Source: Spirulina sp. (lineage in GTDB: Bacteria; Cyanobacteriota; Cyanobacteriia; Phormidesmidales; Phormidesmidaceae). Taken from it: a DNA stretch of 64,000 nt. Location: positions 92,261 to 156,260 of the forward strand of contig JBIPSI010000007.1 in assembly GCA_044070495.1 (NCBI GenBank), read 5' to 3'. Below are positions 40,784-50,827 of this stretch, in pieces. The translations under genes and the position numbers were made by a program. Each line of letters opens with the position of its first letter. Position 1 is the first letter of the stretch. Below the pieces are notes generated by a model. It saw only the letters and a list, made by a program, of their open reading frames with translations, did no database searches and was not told where the DNA came from.

Positions 40784-40906
40784 CCGACATTCATAATGGG
40801 GATCAATTCAGATCGCTACAGCGTCAGACTAGCCATTCCCGATGTCGTCAAACTTCTTAACTGAGCAGACTGAGCTTGAACCAACCCCTCCCCTTGCCCC
40901 TCACCC

Positions 40907-41356
40907 ATGACACCCTCCCCACCACCCCGTATCCGATGGCTGGCGTATCTGCTGATGGGTGGAGGTGCCCTGATTGGCCTAGGCACTATCGCACCCTTGG
41001 GGTTGTTGGCGGTGGCGGTGGCCCAAGATGGCTGGGAAGAATGGCAGCGCTGCCGAGGCCATACGGACTTTGACCCAGCGGTGTGGAACGATCCGACCCG
41101 TTCCCTAGAACCGCCCTACCTGCGAAGCTGCATGGTGGACGATCTGCTGGCCCAGGGTTTACTCCTCCAAAAAACCGAAGCGGAAGTTATCGACCTGTTA
41201 GGAACGCCGGAGCCGCCGGAACATGGCTTTAGCGACTATGACCTCGTGTTTGTGGTGGGGCCAGAGCGCAGCTTCATCAGCATCGATTACGAATGGCTGC
41301 TGCTTAATTTGGATGATCAAGGGCGGGTGCAGGACACGCTATTGATGACGGACTGA
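40907..41356 (+). CDS. Hypothetical membrane-anchored protein (SmpA/OmlA-like motif)
   Basis: N-terminal TM helix; TEAEVIDLLGTP. Confidence 0.65.
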   Translation: MTPSPPPRIRWLAYLLMGGGALIGLGTIAPLGLLAVAVAQDGWEEWQRCRGHTDFDPAVWNDPTRSLEPPYLRSCMVDDLLAQGLLLQKTEAEVIDLLGTPEPPEHGFSDYDLVFVVGPERSFISIDYEWLLLNLDDQGRVQDTLLMTD

Positions 41357-41433
41357 TGGCTATGACGGGCTAATCATGATCAGGGATAAGCCCCTACGAT
41401 GATTACTCGTTGTGATAACAGGCTCATTTGTTG

Positions 41434-42297
41434 ATGATTTACCTAAAACTGCTGCTCACCATGGCCCTGTGGGGGGGCACCTTTATCGCTGGGCGGCTGG
41501 TGGTGCAGGAGATGGGAGCCTTCGCGGCGGCATTCTGTCGGTTTGCGGTGGCAACGCTGGCCTTGGTGGCGCTGACCTATGCGGTAGAAGGAACGTTACC
41601 CCGTCCACCCAAACGCCTTTGGTGGTCGCTTTTGGGGCTGGGGCTGACGGGCATCTTTGCCTACAATGTCTTCTTCTTTTCGGGTCTCAAGACCGTGGAA
41701 GCCGGACGGGCCGCGTTGATCATTGCCCTCAACCCGGTGGCGATTGCGCTGGGGGCGGCAGTGTTTTTTAAAGATCCCCTTACTCCCCGAAAAGGGCTGG
41801 GCATCGGCCTCTCGCTACTGGGGGCGGGGGTGGTGATTAGTGGCGGCAACCCCTTGGCCCTGGTGCGGGGCGAGGTGGGGCGGGGGGAACTGTTTATCCT
41901 CGGCTGCGTGGTGAGCTGGATGAGCTATACCCTGCTGGGCAAACGGGTGATGCAAGACCTTTCGCCCTTTGCGGCCACCACCTACGCCTGTGGGGCGGGG
42001 GCGCTGATGCTGCTGGGGCCAGCCCTAGGGGATGGCCTGCTCACGGTGCTCCCCACCGCTAGCCCCACCGCCTGGGCCAGTATTCTCTACCTGGGCATTT
42101 TAGGATCCGCTGTGGGGTTTAGCTGGTACTACGATGGCTTGAAACACATTGGCCCAGCCCAGGCGGGGGTGTTCATCAACCTGGTGCCTGTGTTTGCGAT
42201 TCTGTTGGCGGCGGTGATGCTCAACGAAATCCCCTCGCCCTCGCTGCTGGTGGGCGGGCTGCTGGTGATTCTGGGGGTAGTCCTCACCAACCGTTAG
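41434..42297 (+). CDS. EamA/DMT family transporter
   Basis: LWGGTFIAG, about 10 TM helices in two repeats. Confidence 0.9.
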   Translation: MIYLKLLLTMALWGGTFIAGRLVVQEMGAFAAAFCRFAVATLALVALTYAVEGTLPRPPKRLWWSLLGLGLTGIFAYNVFFFSGLKTVEAGRAALIIALNPVAIALGAAVFFKDPLTPRKGLGIGLSLLGAGVVISGGNPLALVRGEVGRGELFILGCVVSWMSYTLLGKRVMQDLSPFAATTYACGAGALMLLGPALGDGLLTVLPTASPTAWASILYLGILGSAVGFSWYYDGLKHIGPAQAGVFINLVPVFAILLAAVMLNEIPSPSLLVGGLLVILGVVLTNR

Positions 42298-42361
42298 CGA
42301 CAAAAGATCCCAGGGTTCTTCAAGAACTTTGTGATCTACTGAGACTATTCAAAACCACTTA

Positions 42362-42492
42362 GAGGACGTTTGAAAAGCCGAAGCTTGTCCCAAGTTATAC
42401 CGATGAGGTCAGCCTCAGTCGTCAAAAATCCCGTAGATTTGAACCGATCTAGCGACCAATCGCACCTGAGGCAACCCTTTTCAAACGCCCTC
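42362..42492. mobile_element. MITE family D, 131 bp, TIR GAGG(A/G)CGTTTGAAAAG, TTA/TAA TSD (IS5-like)
   Basis: TTA at 42359-61 and 42493-95; inverted copy at 58477-58598. Confidence 0.85.
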
Positions 42493-42802
42493 TTAGCTCG
42501 ACTTTATCCAATCAGGCGGCATGGCAGAGTAACTCAGTCCAGGTGTCGAAGATAGGGTGAACATTGTGGGTGAATTGCCTTACGCGAACTGGCTAGAACG
42601 ATTTGAGACTAAGGTCTACAGCAGGCTAACGGCATAATGCAGCGGTTGCAGCAAGGCTTGGGAACCCCAGGGATCAAGGGTCAAACCATGGCCTCAACCG
42701 ATCATCTCCTGGGGGTTTCGGACTGACAGACAAAACCAAAGAACCAGTACAATGGCTCGATGCGGAGCCAGCTAACAACCTAGATGACCTAACGGGCCTA
42801 GC

Positions 42803-43978
42803 CTAGCGAGAGGCCCGCAACAGCAAGTACAGGCCAATGGCGAGGCCCAGGAAAGTGGGAATCCAAGCCGCCGCAAAGGGAGACACCAAGCCCACTTCCC
42901 CCATGGCATTGGTAATAAAGGACAGCAGGTAGTAGCCAAAAATAATCACAATGCTGATGCCAAAGCTGGTGGCGCGGCTGGTGCGCTGGGGCAACACCCC
43001 AATGGAGGATCCCACCAGCCCAAACACCACACAGACAAAGGGCAGGGCATATTTTTGATGAATCCGAATTTGCCAGCGGCGAATTTTCTTTTCGTCGCCG
43101 CTTTGGCGCACCAGTTCAAGCTGCTGGGTGGCCTCCGCAATGTTCATTTCTGTATCGTTTTTGGTGCGGCTAGCCAGGTCTAGGGGAGTGCGGGGCAGTT
43201 GCAATGCCTGGGTTTCAAAGGTGACGATGTTGCGGAAGGATCCATCGGGGGCCACCACGTAGATGGTGCCGTTGTAGAAGGTCCAAACGTTGTTTTGCAC
43301 ATCCCAGGTGGCGCTCTCGGCACTCACCACTTGGTTCAGCCCCGCCTGGGAAAAGTCGAGGATGGTGAGCCCGTGCATGGTGGTGCCATCGAATCGGCGG
43401 GCATAGAACTGGCGCTTGAGTTCTTGGGCGGCGGGATTATCGGCGGCGGGCTGGAATTCTTGGTAAAAAATGTTGCGTTCTTGAAAGGGGGGACGCTCGG
43501 AGTTTAGGGCCTGCTCTAGGGTGATAGCGGCTCGATAGTTGGCGGCAGGGGTGATTAGTTCGTTAAACAAAAACGTCAACCCCGTCACCAGCAAACTCAG
43601 CACCACCGCCGGAGCAATAATCCGCCGAATACTGACCCCCACCCCTTGCAGGGCAATCAGTTCGCTGTCGCTGGAGAAGCGGCTGTAGGTCATCATCGTG
43701 GCCAGCAGGGTAGACATGGGAAAGGCCAGCACGATGAATTCTGGCAGCTTGAGCAGAAAAATTTGGGCCGCTAGGGTGATGGAAAGACCCGACTCGGTGA
43801 TGCGGCGAATCAGCTCAAATAAGGCCCCAATGGAAATGCCGATGGAGGAAAACGCCCCCACCCCAAACAAAAACGGCAGGGTTAGTTCCTTGGCAATGTA
43901 TCGATCCATGATGGCGATGCGGGGCCACCAGGATCGAGGTTGAGAAAATTGCCGAGAGGGGGAAGAAGCCGTTGCCAT
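42803..43978 (-). CDS. LptF/LptG (YjgP/YjgQ) permease
   Basis: MDRYIAKEL, SSDSELIALQGVG, HQKYALPF. Confidence 0.92.
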   Translation of the reverse strand: MATASSPSRQFSQPRSWWPRIAIMDRYIAKELTLPFLFGVGAFSSIGISIGALFELIRRITESGLSITLAAQIFLLKLPEFIVLAFPMSTLLATMMTYSRFSSDSELIALQGVGVSIRRIIAPAVVLSLLVTGLTFLFNELITPAANYRAAITLEQALNSERPPFQERNIFYQEFQPAADNPAAQELKRQFYARRFDGTTMHGLTILDFSQAGLNQVVSAESATWDVQNNVWTFYNGTIYVVAPDGSFRNIVTFETQALQLPRTPLDLASRTKNDTEMNIAEATQQLELVRQSGDEKKIRRWQIRIHQKYALPFVCVVFGLVGSSIGVLPQRTSRATSFGISIVIIFGYYLLSFITNAMGEVGLVSPFAAAWIPTFLGLAIGLYLLLRASR

Positions 43979-44037
43979 AGCGCCAAAGGAAAGGACATCA
44001 ACACAGAGAAAGGCTAGGAATTGAAGCTACCCCCAGC

Positions 44038-44766
44038 CTAAAGGGAGAAATCGTTGCCGAGGTAATGCTCGCGCACAAGGGGATTTTGGTAGAGGTCGTC
44101 GGCACTGCCAGCGGCCAAAATTTGCCCGTCACTCATGATGTAGGCTCGGTCGATAATGCGCAGGGTTTCGCGCACATTGTGGTCGGTAATCAGAATGCCC
44201 ATGTCCCGATCCCGTAGCTTGGCCACAATGGTCTGAATTTCCGCCACGGCGATGGGATCGACCCCGGCAAAGGGTTCATCGAGGAACAGAAACTTTGGCC
44301 CATCCGTCCCCGATGCCAGGGAACGGGCCAGTTCCGTCCGCCGCCGTTCGCCACCAGAGACCTGAATCCCCAGGGTATTCGCCACCTTTTCTAGCCGGAA
44401 TTCCTTCAGCAGACGATGCAGACGCTCCTCGTGTTCCTCCAAGGGTACGCGGGTTTGTTGCAGCACCAACCGGATATTATCCGCCACCGACAGATTGCGG
44501 AAAATGCTGGCCTCCTGGGCGAGGTAGCCAATGCCCAGCCTCGCCCGCTGGTGCATGGGCAGGTCGGTAATGTCAATCTGGTCGAGACAAACCCGTCCTT
44601 GATCGGGACGTTCTAGGCCCGTGGCCATGTAGAAAGTCGTGGTTTTCCCGGCTCCATTCGGCCCCAGCAGGCCAACAATCTCCCCTTGGGCTACCGACAG
44701 GCTCACCCGGTTTACCACCTGGCGCTTGCCGTAAATTTTTTGTACGTTGTCCAAAACAATTTTCAA
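44038..44766 (-). CDS. lptB: LPS export ABC ATP-binding protein
   Basis: GPNGAGKTT, SGGERRR, LDEPFAGVDP, ITDHNVRETL. Confidence 0.95.
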   Translation of the reverse strand: MKIVLDNVQKIYGKRQVVNRVSLSVAQGEIVGLLGPNGAGKTTTFYMATGLERPDQGRVCLDQIDITDLPMHQRARLGIGYLAQEASIFRNLSVADNIRLVLQQTRVPLEEHEERLHRLLKEFRLEKVANTLGIQVSGGERRRTELARSLASGTDGPKFLFLDEPFAGVDPIAVAEIQTIVAKLRDRDMGILITDHNVRETLRIIDRAYIMSDGQILAAGSADDLYQNPLVREHYLGNDFSL

Positions 44767-44854
44767 GGGAGCCTAGGCAGATAAAGAGCAGATAGCGCTT
44801 GAAAAATTGTATCAAAGCCCGCTGGCCATCGGCGGCGGTGGCCAGCGAACCAGC

Positions 44855-45415
44855 CTAGCGCCCTAGGGGTTGGCTACGTGGGACAGGGGTGGATGGGGCG
44901 GGGAAGGAATCGCGGTCGGAATTTTCGCGGTCGGAACTTTGCGTAGCGGGGCCAACCTCTAAAACGGCGGGTGGGGTTGGCGGGGCTACCCGATTCGGGC
45001 CAGCGGGGGCTGGGCTAGACTGGGCTGCCGGTAGCTGATAGATGGTTTCCACCTGTTCACTAGGGCGGGGAGCCGCCACAAAACGCCCTTCATCGATCAG
45101 GTAGGTGACCACCTCGGCCCGCAGGGTGTTGCCCTGCTGGTCCACAAACACATTGCCGCTGAGGACAATCCGCCGCTCATTGCTGTAGTAGTCGGCCTGG
45201 GCGGAGGTCGCCCGAATTTGCTGGGCAGGGTAGTCAATCTGCACATTACCCCGGGCGGTGATGATACCCGTGTTGGTATTGGCCTCCTGGATGTCGGAGC
45301 GCAGGGTGATGGTGTCTTGGGCTTGGGCCACGGTCGCCCAGGGACGCACGCCCCCTAGGGAGAGAACCCCAGCCAAGGGCAGAATGAACCACCGCCGCTT
45401 CAGGATATGCCTCAT
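44855..45415 (-). CDS. LptA/OstA family protein
   Basis: Signal peptide; ARGNVQI, AQADY, LSGNV; immediately upstream of lptB. Confidence 0.85.
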   Translation of the reverse strand: MRHILKRRWFILPLAGVLSLGGVRPWATVAQAQDTITLRSDIQEANTNTGIITARGNVQIDYPAQQIRATSAQADYYSNERRIVLSGNVFVDQQGNTLRAEVVTYLIDEGRFVAAPRPSEQVETIYQLPAAQSSPAPAGPNRVAPPTPPAVLEVGPATQSSDRENSDRDSFPAPSTPVPRSQPLGR

Positions 45416-45856
45416 TGCTACAACCTGATCTCCTGACGTTCTATATCTGACAACGTAATCTGACAACGTAATTTGATACCGCAAGCCAATCCCACCATGG
45501 GAAACCCCATCCCATCGGATTAGGCGATAGGGCAACTTGAGCGTAGGCCGCATTGTCGCCTCAATCTTAGCTTAGCCGGGGGCTTCCTTCGTTAGATCCA
45601 CCCAAGTTCCAGAGGATCATCTGGTCTAGGGGCCTGCCTGTTGGGCGATGCTGCAACGTAAAACCAAAGTAAAAAACCCTAAAATCCTACTAAGATTTCA
45701 GGGTTTCTAAATTACACACGCTATCAGCTTGCCAAGATGAGATCACGATCCTGCAACAAAGCCTCGAATACTCGAAAGAACCCACACTAAATAAGCTTAG
45801 AGAATGATCCGTAGCTGTGTTCTCTAGAGGGCTAATGCGCTGGAGGATAGGTTAGG

Positions 45857-45988
45857 CTACCTTCTAGGCTCTTTTACAGGAATGGGGATGAGTTCTGGCT
45901 CCTGTTGAACGTCTGGCCCAAGCAGTGCATCGATGATGCCGTCAATCCACTCACGCAGCTTTTCGAGAGCCTTTTCGATGTAATCCAT
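45857..45988 (-). CDS. Small (43 aa) cyanobacterial protein, not in the ORF track
   Basis: MDYIEKALEKLREWIDGIIDALLGPDVQQEPELIPIPVKEPRR*, with TAAGGAG RBS 10 nt upstream. Confidence 0.75.
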   Translation of the reverse strand: MDYIEKALEKLREWIDGIIDALLGPDVQQEPELIPIPVKEPRR

Positions 45989-46122
45989 TAGGGCCTAACT
46001 CCTTACTGGAATGCGATGGTCAGGTGTGCCGCTTCTCAAAGCTCACCATAGCACGACCTTCCGCCCCGCAATTTATACATAAACCTATCATAACCAAATG
46101 ACGTAAATGATCAAGGAAATTG

Positions 46123-47373
46123 TCACAGGAGATGACGACGGAGTAGGTCGAGGGCGGTGCAGGCGCTGAGGTGACGCACCCAGTCGCGACCTCGGAAGGC
46201 GGCAAACTCGTACCTTTTGCTGATCACCTCGCCCGTCGGGAACGCTAGCCCAATATAAACGAGGCCAACGGGTTTGGTGTCGGTGCCACCGCCAGGGCCA
46301 GCAATTCCGGTAATGCTCAAGGCCCAGTCGGTTTGTAGGGCAGATTTAGCGCCCAGGGCCATCTGTTCAGCCACGATGGCACTCACGGCTCCCTCGGTTT
46401 CTAGCACCGTGGGATCGACCTGGAGCAGGTTGGTTTTAATGCGATTGTCGTAGGCGATGATGCCGCCCCAGAAGTAGGCGGAACTGCCTGCTACGGTGGT
46501 GAGCATGTGCCCTAGACCGCCCCCGGTGCAGGATTCTGCGACCGCCAAGGTTTGCTGCTTTTGCTGGAGAAAATCCCCCACCACCGAGGCCAGAGAATCG
46601 CCATCGACCCCGTAGCAGTCGTCGCCCAACAGAGCGCGAATGCCCTGCTCGACGGGGTGAATCAGGGCCACGGCTTCGGCGATGGTGGGTGCTTTGGCGG
46701 AAATGCGCAGTTTGGCTTCGCCGTGGCTGGCGTAGGGGGCCACGGTGGGGTTGCTGAGGTTGAGGTAGTCGCTCACCCGTTCGGCCATGCCCGATTCACT
46801 GATGCCCCAACAGCGCACCATGCGGCTCACGATGGTGTCTTGCACCCAGCCGTGGTTTTTCAGGTAGGGCACGGAGGTCTCTTGCCACATGGCCTTCATT
46901 TCGCTGGGCACGCCGGGGAAGGTCATGATCAGCAGCCCCGGTCGGGGTTCCCAGATCACGCCTGGGGCGGTGCCGGTGCGGTTGGGCAACACGTCGGCCC
47001 CCGCTGGCAACAGGGCCTGCTTGCGGTTGCTGGGAGTCATCACGCGGCCCCGGCTGACAAACTTGGCCTCGATATCGGCCACAATTTCGGGACGTTCCAC
47101 CAGGGGCGTGCCAAAAAAGTCCGCCAGGGTCTCGATGGTCAAATCATCAGGCGTGGGGCCAAGGCCACCCGTAAATAGGATGAGGTTCGACCGTTCGCAG
47201 GCCATCGCCACCACCTGCTGAATTCGGGCCGGATTGTCGCCCACCACGGTTTGAAAAAAGTGGGCAATACCCAGCCCCGCTAGCTCCTGGGCCAAATATT
47301 GGGCGTTGCTGTTGAGAATATCCCCCAGCAGCAGCTCGGTGCCCACACAAATTAACTCGGCGCTTTTGCCCAT
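46123..47373 (-). CDS. cinA: CinA (MCF domain + NMN deamidase PncC)
   Basis: VGTELLLG, GGLGPTPDDLT, AESCTGG, SITGIAGPGG. Confidence 0.95.
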   Translation of the reverse strand: MGKSAELICVGTELLLGDILNSNAQYLAQELAGLGIAHFFQTVVGDNPARIQQVVAMACERSNLILFTGGLGPTPDDLTIETLADFFGTPLVERPEIVADIEAKFVSRGRVMTPSNRKQALLPAGADVLPNRTGTAPGVIWEPRPGLLIMTFPGVPSEMKAMWQETSVPYLKNHGWVQDTIVSRMVRCWGISESGMAERVSDYLNLSNPTVAPYASHGEAKLRISAKAPTIAEAVALIHPVEQGIRALLGDDCYGVDGDSLASVVGDFLQQKQQTLAVAESCTGGGLGHMLTTVAGSSAYFWGGIIAYDNRIKTNLLQVDPTVLETEGAVSAIVAEQMALGAKSALQTDWALSITGIAGPGGGTDTKPVGLVYIGLAFPTGEVISKRYEFAAFRGRDWVRHLSACTALDLLRRHLL

Positions 47374-47471
47374 GGCTAAATCCAACGTCCTTGGCCGTTT
47401 ATAGAGGTGAATGTTGAGGATGAACCTTTATTGTGCGGCGGCGGCGGCCCGGTGTCATCTCTATCAATGGG

Positions 47472-47645
47472 CTGGTTGACTGACACAAGTTTATGGCCCA
47501 CCCTGCGGGAAGCAAGCTACACCCCCAACCCCTCTCCCAGAGGGCGAGGGGAGCCGATCCAGTTTTCCAGTTCCCTCTCCCCGTGGGAGAGGGCTAGGGT
47601 GAGGGCTTTCGAGGATCTGGCTAGCAAGTTTTGTCAGTCAACCAG
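47472..47645. mobile_element. MITE family A variant, 174 bp, different cargo
   Basis: Same TIRs as 22830/58714 (one mismatch on the left); TSD ATCAATGGG/ATCAACGGG. Confidence 0.8.
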
Positions 47646-47706
47646 ATCAACGGGTTTCGCGACTGGGGTTAGGACTGGGTTCGCAACTAGAGTGAGGATT
47701 TTAGAG

Positions 47707-48924
47707 CTAGAGATAGCCCATGGGATTGACCGGGTTGCCGTTTTGGCGCACTTCAAAATGCAGGTGCGGCCCCGTGGAGAGGCCCGTGGATCCGATGGCG
47801 GCAATAGCTTGGCCCTGCTGCACCGCTTGCCCTTCCTGCACAAACAGACGGCTACAGTGGGCATAGAGGGTGGTGAGGCCACCGCCGTGGTCGATGATCA
47901 CCGCTTGGCCATAGCCGCCGTACCAGCCGGAGAAAATCACCTGGCCCGAATCGGCGGCATAGATGGTGGTGCCCTGGGGGGCGGCAAAGTCTACGCCGCC
48001 ATGGAAGCGGCTGTAGCCCAGGATGGGATGAACCCGGTTGCCAAAGCCGCTAGAAATCCGGGCATTGGACGGAAATACAAACCGTCCTGTCCCCCGCACC
48101 GCGCCGGATTGGGTGGCGAGTTTTTGGCGAATCAGGTTGGCAATTTGATCGGATTCCCTGGCCAGTTGGGCCTCCGCCGCCTCCAGGGCCGACTGGCGTT
48201 CCTGCAGGCGGGTGATCAGTTGTTTCTCTTCGCTGGCCTCGGCTTCGTACATTTGTTTTTGGGAGAGCAACTGTTGCCGCAGCAGGGCTACCTGATTTTT
48301 CTGATCCTCCACAACGGCCTTTTGCTGTTGGATGGCATCGGCCTTCACCTTGAGGTCTTGCAACACCTGCCGATCCGCCCCGTAGACCCGCTTGAGTTGA
48401 TATTGTCGGTCGAGGAATTCGTTGAAATCTTGGCTTTGCAGCAGCACCGCCCAGCCCTCGCTGCCCTGCTGTCGCTGGAGGAACTGAAGACGGGCCACGG
48501 TGGCGGTGCGCACGTTTTCGTAGTCGGCCTCCGCCTGTTGTAGATCGGCCTCTAGCTGCTGTAATTCTTGCTCGGCCTTGGCGAGCCGATATTCCGTTTC
48601 GGTGATTTGGTTGGCGGTGTAGACAATGCTGCGCTCTAGGGTTTCTAGGTTGGCCTCCGAGGTAGTTTGGCGACCCTCCAGTTCGGTCTGCTGCTGCTGA
48701 AGCTGTTGCCGCTGTTGTTCTAGGGTTCTTTGCTGTTGCTCTAAATCCTGCACCGACTGGGCGATCAAGACGGGCGGATGCTCCATTGGCCCCTGGGCCA
48801 TGCCTGGATCCAGCCTCCCCAGCCCCAGCCAAAGAACGGCACAGGCCAGTCCCAGACCCCACCAGCGCAGGACGGAGGATAATCTTTGTGGACGCTTACC
48901 TCGTTGGGTCATCCTCGGTTTCAC
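47707..48924 (-). CDS. EnvC-like coiled-coil + M23 murein hydrolase activator
   Basis: Long Gln/Leu coiled coil; HGGVD, YAH, GPHLHFE. Confidence 0.9.
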   Translation of the reverse strand: MKPRMTQRGKRPQRLSSVLRWWGLGLACAVLWLGLGRLDPGMAQGPMEHPPVLIAQSVQDLEQQQRTLEQQRQQLQQQQTELEGRQTTSEANLETLERSIVYTANQITETEYRLAKAEQELQQLEADLQQAEADYENVRTATVARLQFLQRQQGSEGWAVLLQSQDFNEFLDRQYQLKRVYGADRQVLQDLKVKADAIQQQKAVVEDQKNQVALLRQQLLSQKQMYEAEASEEKQLITRLQERQSALEAAEAQLARESDQIANLIRQKLATQSGAVRGTGRFVFPSNARISSGFGNRVHPILGYSRFHGGVDFAAPQGTTIYAADSGQVIFSGWYGGYGQAVIIDHGGGLTTLYAHCSRLFVQEGQAVQQGQAIAAIGSTGLSTGPHLHFEVRQNGNPVNPMGYL

Positions 48925-48933
48925 CGTTGTTGC

Positions 48934-49557
48934 CTATCCAAACCCTAGGGCGATTAAGGCCACCAGGCCGAAGCCAAAAATAGCGGCCCCAGCCAATCGA
49001 TTTAACCAGATCAATCGCGATGGGGTGAGGTAGGGTCTAAAAAACGTAACGCCCCAACTGAGGCACACCCACCACAGAGCCGACCCCAAAAACACCCCCA
49101 GCACTAGCGCCAGCGCCCCACCCTGTCCTGGGCCAGCGGACACCAGCCCCAGCCCCGCAAAAATGGCAAAAAACGACAAAATGGTAGCAGGGTTCGTCAG
49201 GGTGAGCAAAAAGGTAGATCCGTAGGCCCCTAGCAAACCCCGTCCGGTGAGGGGGGCGGCCTCGGTGGCGGGGGTGGATCGGGCCGTGGCCCAACCCAAA
49301 TAACAGAGAAACAGCCCCCCCAAAAGCTGGAGCACCTGCGCCTGATTGATTAGCCGATCCGACACCGCCGTTAGCCCAAATCCGGCAATGGCCCCATAGA
49401 GACCATCCGCCGTGGCTGCCCCCAGCCCCGTGGCCAGACCAATCCAGCGCCCCTGGGCGAGGGAACGGCGAATGCACAGCAACCCAATTGGCCCCACGGG
49501 CGCGGCAATCGCCAACCCCATCCCCATCCCCTTTAGCACTGTCATCCATCCGGTCAT
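48934..49557 (-). CDS. LysE family translocator
   Basis: AAPVGPIGLLC, GAATADG, LTLTNP. Confidence 0.9.
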   Translation of the reverse strand: MTGWMTVLKGMGMGLAIAAPVGPIGLLCIRRSLAQGRWIGLATGLGAATADGLYGAIAGFGLTAVSDRLINQAQVLQLLGGLFLCYLGWATARSTPATEAAPLTGRGLLGAYGSTFLLTLTNPATILSFFAIFAGLGLVSAGPGQGGALALVLGVFLGSALWWVCLSWGVTFFRPYLTPSRLIWLNRLAGAAIFGFGLVALIALGFG

Positions 49558-49604
49558 TCTGCCCTCTTCTTAAAGTCTGTTCTGTTAGTTGTTAGCCTGC
49601 GCCC

Positions 49605-50216
49605 ATGCATACTCTGCTCATCCATGGTTTGGCCCGTACCTCGTTCTCCCTGGCGTTCCTAGAACGTCGTCTGCGTCGCGCCGGACACCACACCGAAACC
49701 TTTAACTATTTCGCCTTTGCCGAAGACTTTGATGCCATTGCCCAGCGATTAAACCACACCCTGCAAGCCCTGGCCCACCGTGGCCCCTATGGTGTGGTGG
49801 GTCATTCCCTCGGTGGCGTGCTCACCCGTGCCGCCCTGGGCTTAGAATCGGTGGCCGAACTGCCGCACCATGTGGTGATGCTAGGCACCCCCAACCAGCC
49901 CCCCCGATTGGCCCCCCTAGCCTGGAACCTGTTGCCCTTTCAATGGTTTACAGGGCAATGTGGCCGCAACCTTACCTGCCAGCAGTTCTATGCCAGTTTG
50001 CCAGCGCTAACCAGCCCCTACACCATCGTGGCGGGGACGGGTGGCCCCACTGGCCCCCTCAGCCCCTTCGGCGAAGACATCAATGACGGCATCGTCGCCC
50101 TGTCAGAAACCTACATGACCCCCCACGACACCATCGTGCAGGTGCCCGCTTGGCACACGTTTATGATGAACCATCCCCAGGTGCAAGAGGTTGTCCTAAA
50201 CGCCCTAGCTGACTGA
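49605..50216 (+). CDS. Alpha/beta hydrolase (lipase/esterase-like)
   Basis: LIHG, GHSLGG, NDGIV, WHTF. Confidence 0.85.
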   Translation: MHTLLIHGLARTSFSLAFLERRLRRAGHHTETFNYFAFAEDFDAIAQRLNHTLQALAHRGPYGVVGHSLGGVLTRAALGLESVAELPHHVVMLGTPNQPPRLAPLAWNLLPFQWFTGQCGRNLTCQQFYASLPALTSPYTIVAGTGGPTGPLSPFGEDINDGIVALSETYMTPHDTIVQVPAWHTFMMNHPQVQEVVLNALAD

Positions 50217-50237
50217 TGACGGCATGATGTGGCTTAA

Positions 50238-50714
50238 TTACAGCCCTGGTGGATTATTCAAAATCTGAAGAAGCTTGCTGAAAAATCTTTCAGGATTTTT
50301 GTGTATGTGATTTTGAGCGTATTCGATCACGGCATGATCCTTGTGCCCTCCAGCTTTCTCTACATCATGCCAATACATCTCTAGCTCACGATGATCACAA
50401 AAATCATAGGTAAAAATATCGACATCTTCATGGATTCCAGTGATTTCAAACTCCACGATCTTCCAGTCTTCGGCCATTTCCTCTAAATAGCTATCAGGAT
50501 GCAAGCCTTGAGCATCCACATAAATAGCTTGATTCTTTTTATGGCTATACACCCCTGCCATGCAGTGAATGCACACCCAATCGAAATCTTTGTCATGGGT
50601 TCGAGTGCCTATCGCTGTGGCTAATTGCAGATCGCAATGAGGATAGATATTCTGTATTTCTTGGCAAACTGCATAGGCAAAATTAAAACATTGTCCATTT
50701 AAGAAATCTGGCAT
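50238..50714 (-). CDS. Low-GC hypothetical protein with a possible Cys-His-Asp triad
   Basis: AT-rich ORF; NGQCFNFA, WVCIHCMA, YVDAQG. Confidence 0.6.
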   Translation of the reverse strand: MPDFLNGQCFNFAYAVCQEIQNIYPHCDLQLATAIGTRTHDKDFDWVCIHCMAGVYSHKKNQAIYVDAQGLHPDSYLEEMAEDWKIVEFEITGIHEDVDIFTYDFCDHRELEMYWHDVEKAGGHKDHAVIEYAQNHIHKNPERFFSKLLQILNNPPGL

Positions 50715-50827
50715 TTGTGTTTTGCTGAACAAATGAAATCAAATCGACTACACAAACCGCCGCCCCCCCGCTGGGCAATCTGCCACAATGGAGAGCGACG
50801 CCACCGCCCGACCCAGGAGAGCCGTTC

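Noticed and set aside
42496-42660. Gene fragment followed by a CTAAC attC-like half site
   Set aside because: Internal stop, no complementary GTTAG arm and no integrase; cannot support an integron cassette.
47407-48862. 378-aa + strand ORF and 270-aa alternative-frame ORF
   Set aside because: Shadows of the EnvC-like gene, extended through a MITE.
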